This document shows positions 31,704 to 40,073 of a stretch of 43,958 nt of DNA, in pieces. The notes below the pieces were generated by a model. It saw nothing but the letters and a program-made list of their open reading frames with translations. It was not told the DNA's origin and did not search any database. How positions within the stretch are numbered: the first letter of the stretch is position 1; the number at the start of each line of letters is the position of its first letter. The stretch lies in assembly GCA_043739745.1 (NCBI GenBank), contig JAYUDQ010000022.1, forward strand, positions 1-43,958, given 5' to 3'. Position numbers and translations under genes: made by a program. Origin of the DNA: Acidimicrobiia bacterium (GTDB taxonomy: Bacteria > Actinomycetota > Acidimicrobiia > Acidimicrobiales > JANYDT01).

Positions 31704-33206
31704 TCAGCGGCCCGGACCGCGTTCTTGTACGGAGGCCACGGCATGCTCGGCAGCCGCCTTCGCGCTGCGCACGCAGGCGGGCAGACCGATCCCGTTGTAG
31801 GAGGCTCCTGCGAGCAGCAGGCCCGCAGCATCGTTCGTAAGCGCACGTTCGATCCGGTCGACGCGGGCAGCGTGTCCACTCTCGTACTGCGGGAAGCCGT
31901 CCGTCCATCGGGCGACTTGGGCGTCAACCGGATTCGAGCGGATGTCGAGCATGTCCCGCAGATCCTGATGGAGCGACCGGACGAGCTCATCGTCGTCCAT
32001 CCCGGTGAAGCGGGTGTCGCCGTCTCGCCCCGCCGACGCCCGAACGAGCACATGGCCCGGCGTTACCAGATGCGGCCACTTCTGGTTCCACCAGCTCGAC
32101 GCCGTGATGAGGCGACGCTCCACGCGCGGGACGAGCATGCCGCTGCCCGGTGGAAGGGTGATGCGGTCGGCGGGGTACGCGAGCAGCGTGAGCGCGACCG
32201 ATGAGGTGCGGATCGCCTGCAACTCGGCAGCCGCCGTCGGGCTCGTGCCGGCGACAAGGCCGGCAGTGATGAAGGCCGGGGTTGCGAGCACAACCGTATG
32301 TGCACACAGGAGATGGCCCTTCGAGGTGGTGACCTCCCACTGCCGGTCCAGCTTCGAGAGGGAGGTGACGGCCTCGCCGGTGCGCACCGCTCCGCCCGGC
32401 AACTGCCGGTGGAGCTCCTCGACGAGTGAACGCACACCCGTGCGGGGTGTCAGGAAGACGGGCCGGTCCTGGTCGACACCGATCTGCCCGCGCTGCTGTG
32501 CGGCGCCGACGGCCCGCAAGGCGCGCATCATGCGGGGCGCGTCGGCTCCGGCGACGAGGTTGGGTGCGGTCGACGCGAGCGAGAGGCGGTCGCAGTCGCT
32601 GGCGTTGATGCCGCCGAGGAGGGGGTCGACGAGACGCTCGACGACTTCGCGACCGAGGTGGCGTCCGATCGCCTCGGCCACGGTGGGGTCGTCGCCGGCG
32701 TCCGTGTCCGTCCGTCGCGGCCACACCTCGTCGAGCGCGGCGCGGGCGACGCCGAGCGGCGACAGGATTCCCGATCGCGCAAGCGGTCCGAGGCGTGACG
32801 GAGCGCCGAGGACGAGGCCCTCCGGAAGGGGCCGGAGCTTCCCGCGAGACCACACCCAGGCTTTCCCCGTAGCTGGTGCGACGAGATCGTCGCCGAGTCC
32901 CAGTTCCGTCGCCAGCTCGACGCCACCGGGCACGCGGGCGAGGAACGCGTCCGGGCCGCAGTCGACCGAGTGGCCGGCGACGGTGGCTCCTGCGATCTTG
33001 CCGCCGACCGTCGGGCCCGCTTCGAGGACGGCGACCCGCAGCCCGGGATGCTGGCGCAGGATGTACCACGCGGTGGCGAGTCCGCTGATGCCACCGCCGA
33101 TGATGGCGACGTCGACCTGCTCGGCTCCGACCGTCGCATCGGTGGCCGACCCGGCCGGTGGTTCGATCACCGGCTCGGAGCGCTGGGCTCCACGATCACG
33201 TTCCAT
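31704..33206 (-). CDS. hemY: Protoporphyrinogen/coproporphyrinogen III oxidase (HemY/CgoX, FAD amine-oxidase fold)
   Basis: Carries VDVAIIGGGISGLATA and LEAGPTVGGKI. Positioned directly downstream of hemE. The start is ATG 33206 (11-nt overlap with hemE) or GTG 33170. Confidence 0.85.
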   Translation of the reverse strand: MERDRGAQRSEPVIEPPAGSATDATVGAEQVDVAIIGGGISGLATAWYILRQHPGLRVAVLEAGPTVGGKIAGATVAGHSVDCGPDAFLARVPGGVELATELGLGDDLVAPATGKAWVWSRGKLRPLPEGLVLGAPSRLGPLARSGILSPLGVARAALDEVWPRRTDTDAGDDPTVAEAIGRHLGREVVERLVDPLLGGINASDCDRLSLASTAPNLVAGADAPRMMRALRAVGAAQQRGQIGVDQDRPVFLTPRTGVRSLVEELHRQLPGGAVRTGEAVTSLSKLDRQWEVTTSKGHLLCAHTVVLATPAFITAGLVAGTSPTAAAELQAIRTSSVALTLLAYPADRITLPPGSGMLVPRVERRLITASSWWNQKWPHLVTPGHVLVRASAGRDGDTRFTGMDDDELVRSLHQDLRDMLDIRSNPVDAQVARWTDGFPQYESGHAARVDRIERALTNDAAGLLLAGASYNGIGLPACVRSAKAAAEHAVASVQERGPGR

Positions 33207-34239
33207 GCACCATCTGCACCACGCGGGTGAGGATTGTCGGGTCGGTCTGCGGGAGCACACCGTGGCCGAGGTTGAACACGTGCCCGCCTCCCGCCGCGTC
33301 GGCATCGTCGAGCACTCGCCGGACCTCGTGTTCAACGACTGACCATGGCGCAAGGAGCGTGACCGGATCGAGGTTTCCCTGCAGCGCCTTGCCCTCGGAG
33401 ACACGTCGGCGGGCGTCCGTCAGCGCAACCCGCCAGTCGACGCCGACCACGTCGGCACCCGCCTCGCCCATCGCGCCCAGCAGCTCGCCCGTGCCGACAC
33501 CGAAGTGGATACGGGGCACGCCGAGGTCGGCGAGACCGTTTAGTATGCGCGCAGATGAAGGCATCACGAATCGGCGATAGTCGGCCTCGGAGAGGATGCC
33601 GGCCCAGCTGTCGAACAACTGGACTGCCGAGGCGCCGGCCTCGACCTGTGCCCGCAGTGTCGCGAGGGCGATGTCGGCGAGTGCATCGAGGAGCGCGGTC
33701 CAGGTTTCAGGATCGGCGCGCATCATCGCCTTCGTCGTCTCGAACTCCTTCGATTTTCCGCCCTCGATGAGGTACGTCGCAACGGTGAACGGCGCGCCCG
33801 CGAAACCGATGAGCGGCACGCCGAGCGGGTCGAGCTCGGCGACGCACCTCTGCACGGCCTCGATCACGTACGGAATGTCGTGTGCCGGTTCATAGGCGCG
33901 CAGACGATCAACGTCGGCGAGGGTGCGGAACGGCTGCTCGATGATCGGACCCTTGCCGGTCTCGATGGAGATGCCCGCCACGATCGACTGAACCGGCGTG
34001 ATGATGTCGCTGAACAGGATCGCAGCATCCACGCCGTGTCGCCGGATCGGCTGCAGTGTGACCTCTGCGGTGACGGACGGATCGGTGATCAGTTCCTGGA
34101 AGGCGTGGTGCGCCCGCAGGGCTCGGTACTCGGGAAGGGAGCGGCCGGCCTGGCGCATGAACCACACCGGCCGGTGCGCGGCCTTCTCGCCGCGACACGC
34201 AGCGAGGAACGGCGAGCCGGTGAGGGCGGGGCGAGTCAC
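33196..34239 (-). CDS. hemE: Uroporphyrinogen decarboxylase
   Basis: Carries RPVWFMRQAGRSLPEYR, the URO-D signature. 347 aa. Confidence 0.9.
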   Translation of the reverse strand: MTRPALTGSPFLAACRGEKAAHRPVWFMRQAGRSLPEYRALRAHHAFQELITDPSVTAEVTLQPIRRHGVDAAILFSDIITPVQSIVAGISIETGKGPIIEQPFRTLADVDRLRAYEPAHDIPYVIEAVQRCVAELDPLGVPLIGFAGAPFTVATYLIEGGKSKEFETTKAMMRADPETWTALLDALADIALATLRAQVEAGASAVQLFDSWAGILSEADYRRFVMPSSARILNGLADLGVPRIHFGVGTGELLGAMGEAGADVVGVDWRVALTDARRRVSEGKALQGNLDPVTLLAPWSVVEHEVRRVLDDADAAGGGHVFNLGHGVLPQTDPTILTRVVQMVHGT

Positions 34240-34268
34240 GGCCGAAGACGGTAGTGCCCGCAGTGCGA

Positions 34269-36140
34269 TTACGTCAGCGCCGCGGCCCGCAGGTACTGCG
34301 TCTCGTACAGGTCGGCATACAGCCCGCCCTGGCCGGCCAGCTCCTCGTGGCGGCCCCGCTCGACGATGCGGCCGGCCTCGATCACCAGGATCTGGTCGGC
34401 GGACTGGATGGTCGACAGGCGGTGGGCGATCACGATGGAGGTGCGCCCGGCGAGCGCGGTCTCGAGCGCCTCTTGGATCTGGGCCTCGGTCTCGGAGTCG
34501 AGATGCGCGGTCGCCTCGTCGAGGATTACGATGCTCGGGTCCTTCAGTAGTACTCGGGCCAATGCGACACGCTGCTTCTCGCCGCCCGAAAGCCGGTACC
34601 CGCGCTCGCCGACGAGGGTGTCGTAGCCCGCCGGCAGCCCGGCGATCATGTCGTGGATGCGGGCCGCCTTGGTGGCCTCGACGATCTCGGCCATGGATGC
34701 CTCGGGCCGGGCATAGCGGAGGTTCGCGCCGATCGTGTCGTGGAAGAGGTGGGCGTCCTGGGTGACGACGCCGATGTGGGCGCGGAGGCTGTCGATGGTC
34801 GCCTCGCGCACGTCGACACCATCGATCAGCAGCGAACCCCGAGTGACGTCGTAGAGGCGGGGAACGAGCTGCGAGAGCGTGGTCTTGCCCGCGCCGCTGG
34901 GCCCGACGAGTGCGGTGAGTGTGCCCGGCTCGGCGATGAACGAGACACCTTGCAGGATCCAGGCCGACGTGTCCGCAGGGACCCCGGGGTTGGGCGCTTC
35001 GAGCGACGCGACCGTGATCTCCGACGGCGCCGGGTAGCGGAACCAGATGTCACGGGCCTCGACCCGCGAGCCGGTGTGGTGGGTCGCCGCAGCGAGCGGG
35101 ACGGCCGTCGGCGACTCGTGGATCGTGATCGGCGCGTCGAGCACTTCGAAGATGCGTTCGAAGCTGACGAACGAGGTGACGAAGTCGATGCGGGCGCTGG
35201 CCAGTTCGGTGAGCGGACCGAAGAGCCGCTGCACGAGCGAGGCCATGGCGATGACCGATCCCAGGGACATGCTGCCGTCGAACACCCTGCGGGCACCCCA
35301 CCAGTAGATGCTCGCGACTCCGAGCGCGCTGACCATGGGCAGGGTAAGCATCAGCGTCGTGCCGGTGACTGCTCGGCGGATGCCGATGTCGGCCACGTCG
35401 TCGGCGTTCTTGCCGAACTGCGCCGACTCGACCTTCGGACGGCCGAACAGCTTCACCAGCAGCGCGCCGGAAACGTTGAAGCGCTCCGTCATGAACGCGT
35501 TCATCGACGAGTTCAGGTCCATCTGCTTGCGGGCCGCCTTCGACTGCAGCGTGCCCACACGCTTGCTGACGACGAAGAGGATCGGGACGACGGTGAGCGA
35601 TAGCAGCGTGACTTGCCACGACAGCGTGGCCATCACCACGAGGGTGAACGCAACGGTGAGCACATCCGTCAGCACCGTGCGCAGCGTCGACGTGAACGCC
35701 GATTGGGCGCCGACCACATCGTTGTTCAGCCGGCTCATCAGCGACCCCGTCTGCGTCCGCGCGAAGAAGGCGATGGGGAGTTGTTGAACGTGGTCGAACA
35801 GCGATCGGCGGATGCCGGCGATCATCCGCTCGCCGACCCGCGCGCCGAGCCAGCGAATGCCCACGCCGAGGAGCGCGGAACCCAGTGCGAGGGCAACGAC
35901 GATCAGTGCGAGCGCGTTGATCTCGCTGCGGTGCTGCTTGGCCACGACGTCGTCGACGATGCGCTTGAACACGAGCGCCGGAAGCACGCCGAGCAGCGAG
36001 GTGAAGACCGCGAGCACGAGATATGCGGTGATGTCGGCGCGGAACACCCGGGCGAACGACCAGGCCCGCCTGAGGGTGGCGCGGTCGACCTTCTTCGACT
36101 TCAGCGACTCGTCGAGCATGGTGTGGTGAAAAGGGCGCAC
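34269..36140 (-). CDS. ABC exporter, fused permease/ATPase (MsbA/MdlB-like)
   Basis: Six-helix N-terminal TMD. Walker A GPSGAGKTT, signature LSGGEKQR, Walker B IVILDEATA. An alternative ATG start lies at 36119. Confidence 0.85.
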   Translation of the reverse strand: MRPFHHTMLDESLKSKKVDRATLRRAWSFARVFRADITAYLVLAVFTSLLGVLPALVFKRIVDDVVAKQHRSEINALALIVVALALGSALLGVGIRWLGARVGERMIAGIRRSLFDHVQQLPIAFFARTQTGSLMSRLNNDVVGAQSAFTSTLRTVLTDVLTVAFTLVVMATLSWQVTLLSLTVVPILFVVSKRVGTLQSKAARKQMDLNSSMNAFMTERFNVSGALLVKLFGRPKVESAQFGKNADDVADIGIRRAVTGTTLMLTLPMVSALGVASIYWWGARRVFDGSMSLGSVIAMASLVQRLFGPLTELASARIDFVTSFVSFERIFEVLDAPITIHESPTAVPLAAATHHTGSRVEARDIWFRYPAPSEITVASLEAPNPGVPADTSAWILQGVSFIAEPGTLTALVGPSGAGKTTLSQLVPRLYDVTRGSLLIDGVDVREATIDSLRAHIGVVTQDAHLFHDTIGANLRYARPEASMAEIVEATKAARIHDMIAGLPAGYDTLVGERGYRLSGGEKQRVALARVLLKDPSIVILDEATAHLDSETEAQIQEALETALAGRTSIVIAHRLSTIQSADQILVIEAGRIVERGRHEELAGQGGLYADLYETQYLRAAALT

Positions 36141-36213
36141 GTGCCACTTTCGCGCGAACTCTGTTGACCAATTCCGCCGAGAGCGGCCTCAGATGACAAA
36201 GTTGGGGACCGGC

Positions 36214-36969
36214 TCAGCCGGCCATGGTCATTCGGCGCGCCTCGTCCGCCAGCATGCTCTGGGCGGCAAGTGCCTGAACGGTCCGTAGCCCGGCCGCGTC
36301 GTCGAGCTGCACGAGGAAGGTGTCGGTGGCGCGGCCGTTGACGGAGCGGATGTCGGCCGCGATCACGTCGGCGCCGAGCGCGAGGAGCGTTCCGGCGATG
36401 CGAGCCAGGAGGCCGACCTCGTCGCGGGCCTCGATGTCGATGAGCCAGTGCGTCTCGAGTCGACCTGGCTTCACGGACCGCACCGCGCAGCCGTCCGGCA
36501 GAACCGGCGGGTACGTGGGTTCTGCCGGGGGTCCGGTGAGCGCGGTGCGTAGCGCCTGACCGATGAAGGGCCAATCAGGCTCGCCGCTGAGCGGTACCTT
36601 CACGGGCACGACGCTCACCCGCTGGAGCGCGGTCCCTTCGTGGGCCCAGGTGGCGATGCGGGCGTGGATGATGGAAAGTTCGTGCCCTGCGACCACGTCT
36701 GCGGTGAGACCGAGCAGTCCGGGACGGTCGTGGGCGACAATGGACAGCTCCCAGGCCTCGGACCCCTCGGGCGGGGCGCCTATCCGGAGCCGGACCTCAG
36801 CGGCGCCCAGCTGCGGGGCCAGAAGCGACACGTCCGCCACCAGCTCACCGTCGTCCGCGGACAGCCACCACGGCTCCGGTGCGTCGTCCAGGAGCTCGTC
36901 GACCCGCCCTTCTGCGATGCCGCGCGCGATCGCCCCTTCTCGGACTGCGTTGCGCGACGCTGATGCCAT
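36214..36969 (-). CDS. Tandem ACT-domain protein (GlnD C-terminal-like), no catalytic domain
   Basis: Two ACT-like modules: LSIVAHDRPGLLGLTADVVAGHELSIIHARI and LIDIEARDEVGLLARIAGTLLALGADVIAADI. Confidence 0.6.
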   Translation of the reverse strand: MASASRNAVREGAIARGIAEGRVDELLDDAPEPWWLSADDGELVADVSLLAPQLGAAEVRLRIGAPPEGSEAWELSIVAHDRPGLLGLTADVVAGHELSIIHARIATWAHEGTALQRVSVVPVKVPLSGEPDWPFIGQALRTALTGPPAEPTYPPVLPDGCAVRSVKPGRLETHWLIDIEARDEVGLLARIAGTLLALGADVIAADIRSVNGRATDTFLVQLDDAAGLRTVQALAAQSMLADEARRMTMAG

Positions 36970-37151
36970 GGTGCACAGCGTGGCGGGGTTCTATGTCGCC
37001 AGTGTTTCGTCCGGGTGACGCTGCGTCGACCTGTTCCGGAGCGTCGGGATGGGAGCGATTTCAGGCTGTCCCCGATGCCGTCAGCCGCCGAGTAGCGTCT
37101 CCTATCCGAGTTTTTGACCCTGGGTTCCTCCAGGGCGACCCCATGCCGTAA

Positions 37152-39359
37152 GTGGAGGAATGCCAGGCTGTGGCTGCCCATCCCGAGTTGGAGAGCGAGC
37201 AGGCGTACATCACGTTCGCCTATGAATGCCTGGAGCGCATGCGTGCTTCGGCCCGCCAACTTCAGCGTCTCACCGTGACCGGCGCCGGTGGCACCCACCA
37301 GGCGCGCTTCGAGCGTGACGTCGTCGAAGACCGGGCGATGGGGCGGCTGTCCCGGCTCCAGATCGGCACGGAGTCGCTCGTCTTCGGACGCATCGACCGT
37401 GTGTCGCGAGGTGACGGACAGGCCGAGATCAACGGTGAGCCCGTACCCGGCAACGAGGGTGAGCGCTTCTATATCGGCCGGCTCCCGGTGTCCGACGTCG
37501 AACAGAACCCGATCGTCGTGGACTGGCGCGCCCCCGTTGCCGAGGCGTTCTACCGGGCCACGGGCCGCAACCCGCTCGGCCTCGAGCGCCGCCGCCACTT
37601 CTCCACAGAAGCCGATGTCCTGCTCGGCATCGACGACGAGGTGTTCACCGTCGAACGGCTCGAGCGTGACGACGGCGACGGGCTCGTCGGCAGCGGTGCC
37701 CTCTTGGCCGCGCTGGGCCGGGCCCGGAGCGGCCACATGCGCGACATCGTCGCCACCATCCAGTCCGAGCAGGACGAGATCATCCGGGCCGAGCCGAACG
37801 GCGTGATCGTCGTTCAGGGTGGTCCGGGCACGGGCAAGACGGCCGTTGCCCTCCACCGGGCGTCCTACCTGCTCTACACGCACCGCTTCCCACTGGAGCG
37901 TCAGGGCGTGCTCGTCGTCGGCCCGAACCGGCACTTCATCCGCTACATCTCCCGGGTTCTACCCGCCCTCGGTGAGACCGGCGTCGACCTGTCGAGCATC
38001 GATGACCTGGCCGGTGATGTCAGTGCGACGGGCAAGGAGTCGCATCCGGTGGCGCGGGTGAAGGGCGACATCCGGATGGCCAAGGTCATCCGGCGGGCGG
38101 TGCTCACCCGCCAGCGCGCCCTTCGCGAGCCGCTGGTCGTCGGGTTCGGCACCGTCGAACTGATCATCACCCCCGACGACACGTCGGAGCTGGTGTCGAT
38201 GGTGAAGCGGGGCCACCGACTGCACAATTCGTCACGCAAGCAGCTCCAGTCACTGCTGATCGAGCGGCTCTACCAGCGCTACCGCCAGGCCATGGCCCGT
38301 ACCGGGCGAACGCTACCGACCGAGGGCGTCCTGCTGTTCGAGGACTTCACTCCAGCGGTCCGACGCCGGGAGGACGTCAAGCTCGCTCTTGACCGCATGT
38401 GGCCTGTACTCACGCCCCAACTGCTCCTGCGCGACCTGTTCGGCGCGGCTGCGCTCATTCGGGCCGCGGCCGGAGACGTGCTCGGCGAGGCCGAGCAGAA
38501 GCTGCTCCAGCGGGCCCGCGGCGAATCCGTCGACGACGTGATGTGGACGTCATCCGACATTCCGCTGCTCGACGAAGCCGCGCAGCTGCTCGGCCCGGTG
38601 CCGAAGCCGGCCACGTCGGCGAACGGCAGCCCCGACCCGAGCCCCGTCCGCGAAGAGGGGATCAGGACCTACGGTCACATCGTCGTCGACGAGGCGCAAG
38701 ATCTGTCGCCCATGCAGCTGCGCATGCTCTCGCGTCGTTCGCTCAGCGGCTCGATGACCATCGTCGGCGACATCGGCCAGGCCACCGGCATGTGGGCGCC
38801 CGCCACGTGGGACGAGGTGCTGGTCCACCTGCCGCAGAAGCGCGCCGCCCGGAAGGTCGAGCTCTCGGTCGGCTACCGGACACCGGCGGAGATCATGGCG
38901 CTGGCCGCACAGGTGCTGAAGGTCGCCGCGCCGCAGTTGAAGGTGCCGACGTCGGTGCGCTCCACCGGGCAGCCGCCGACGTTCCTCGGCGCAGCGTCAC
39001 CGGCCGAATTGGTGGCCCTCGTCGCCCGTGCTGTCCCCGACCTCCAGCGCAGCATCGGCGCCGGTACCATCGGCGTGCTCTGCCCCGACGGTCTGGTGGA
39101 TCCGGTCATCGAAGCGCTCCAGGCGTGCAACGTCCTTCTCGATCCGACCGGCACCGTCGCCGATGCGGTCACGGTGCTGCCGGTAGGGTCGACGAAGGGG
39201 CTCGAGTTCGACGGCGTCGTCGTGGTCGAGCCCAGCCAGGTCGTGCGCGAAGCCGCGCAGGGTCTGCGGGCGCTCTACGTGGCGCTCACCCGGGCCACCC
39301 GATCGCTGGTGATCGTCCACTCCGAGCCGCTCCCGGCATGCCTCTCGGTACAGGACTGA
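37152..39359 (+). CDS. HelD/HelR-like UvrD-family (SF1) helicase-like ATPase
   Basis: N-terminal ELESEQAYITFAYECLERMR segment. Walker A VVQGGPGTGKTAVALHR, then IVVDEAQDLSPMQLRML and TKGLEFDGVVVVEP. Architecture matches RNAP-associated HelD-type proteins. An alternative start at GTG 37170 is preceded by GGAGGA. Confidence 0.8.
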   Translation: MEECQAVAAHPELESEQAYITFAYECLERMRASARQLQRLTVTGAGGTHQARFERDVVEDRAMGRLSRLQIGTESLVFGRIDRVSRGDGQAEINGEPVPGNEGERFYIGRLPVSDVEQNPIVVDWRAPVAEAFYRATGRNPLGLERRRHFSTEADVLLGIDDEVFTVERLERDDGDGLVGSGALLAALGRARSGHMRDIVATIQSEQDEIIRAEPNGVIVVQGGPGTGKTAVALHRASYLLYTHRFPLERQGVLVVGPNRHFIRYISRVLPALGETGVDLSSIDDLAGDVSATGKESHPVARVKGDIRMAKVIRRAVLTRQRALREPLVVGFGTVELIITPDDTSELVSMVKRGHRLHNSSRKQLQSLLIERLYQRYRQAMARTGRTLPTEGVLLFEDFTPAVRRREDVKLALDRMWPVLTPQLLLRDLFGAAALIRAAAGDVLGEAEQKLLQRARGESVDDVMWTSSDIPLLDEAAQLLGPVPKPATSANGSPDPSPVREEGIRTYGHIVVDEAQDLSPMQLRMLSRRSLSGSMTIVGDIGQATGMWAPATWDEVLVHLPQKRAARKVELSVGYRTPAEIMALAAQVLKVAAPQLKVPTSVRSTGQPPTFLGAASPAELVALVARAVPDLQRSIGAGTIGVLCPDGLVDPVIEALQACNVLLDPTGTVADAVTVLPVGSTKGLEFDGVVVVEPSQVVREAAQGLRALYVALTRATRSLVIVHSEPLPACLSVQD

Positions 39360-39449
39360 GGTTTCTCGCCGCCCGGCGACACCCCGACGACAGGATTCGC
39401 AAACTCGCCGAGCGGAGCAAAACCGAATTCGCGTGAAAGGCTCCGAGAC

Positions 39450-39860
39450 ATGGCCCGTCGACCCGTCGATCTCGACCACGAGACCCTCGCGTTCCTCGCC
39501 GAACGCCACCTCGCGACCCTCGCGACCCTCCGAGCCGACGGCTCGCCTCATGTCGTCGCCGTCGGCTTCAGCTATGACGCAGCGGCCGGGCTCGTGCGGG
39601 TCATCACCGGCGGCACCAGCCAGAAGGTGCGCAACATCGACCGCGGCTCCAGGGCTGCGGTGTGCCAGATCGACGGTGCTCGCTGGCTCAGCCTCGAGGG
39701 GCCGGCCGTCATCCGGCGGGATGAGGCGTCGATCGCCGAGGCCGTCCGTCAATACGGCGAGCGCTACCAGGCGCCGCGGCCGAACGACACGCGGGTGGCC
39801 ATCGAGATCACCGTCGAGCGCGTGCTCGGCCGGGCCGCCCGCACCGTCGACACCAGCTGA
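39450..39860 (+). CDS. PPOX-class (pyridoxamine 5'-phosphate oxidase-like) probable F420-dependent enzyme
   Basis: 136 aa. Carries FLAERHLATLATLRADGSPHVVAVGF, typical of the small actinobacterial split-barrel FMN/F420-binding family. Confidence 0.75.
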   Translation: MARRPVDLDHETLAFLAERHLATLATLRADGSPHVVAVGFSYDAAAGLVRVITGGTSQKVRNIDRGSRAAVCQIDGARWLSLEGPAVIRRDEASIAEAVRQYGERYQAPRPNDTRVAIEITVERVLGRAARTVDTS

Positions 39861-39908
39861 CGTCGGGCGGCTAGCCCCTTTGGCGAGCAGGACGGCAAAA
39901 CTTCTCAC

Positions 39909-40016
39909 TATCCGCGCACCTCAGCGCAACTGCCCGCGCACCTCAGCGTCCAAAGGCGAAACTCGCGACGATTTCGGGCCGAGGTGCGCGGACCCACCCG
40001 TCGAGGTGCGCGGATA
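39909..40016. repeat. Symmetric four-copy motif element (two direct plus two inverted copies of CCGCGCACCTC) forming a two-helix long hairpin
   Basis: A: TATCCGCGCACCTC 39909-39922. B: CCGCGCACCTC 39934-39944. C: GAGGTGCGCGG 39981-39991. D: GAGGTGCGCGGATA 40003-40016. A pairs with D (14 bp) and B with C (11 bp). Internal loops are 11 x 11 nt and the apical loop is 36 nt. A-B and C-D spacing is 22 nt each. Confidence 0.75.
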
Positions 40017-40073
40017 CCGGCGGTGCGGGCGCCCGATCGCCGGAACGCTGGCAGCGCAGCTATCGGCTCGCGA

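Noticed and set aside
33124-33180. tRNA-like mini-helix on the plus strand: GCTCCGA ... CCGGTG-GTTCGAT-CACCGG ... TCGGAGC. This is a 7-bp acceptor-like stem plus a T-arm-like hairpin with a GTTCGAT loop.
   Set aside because: It is only about 57 nt, with no D arm and no 7-nt anticodon loop. It lies antisense inside the N-terminal coding region of hemY, where no alternative start would free it. It is most likely chance pairing in GC-rich coding sequence.
37118-37135. Hairpin CCCTGG-N6-CCAGGG upstream of the HelD-like gene, considered for labelling as the rifamycin-associated element.
   Set aside because: I cannot recall the RAE consensus with enough certainty to assert a match. It is reported only as something to compare, not as an identified RAE.
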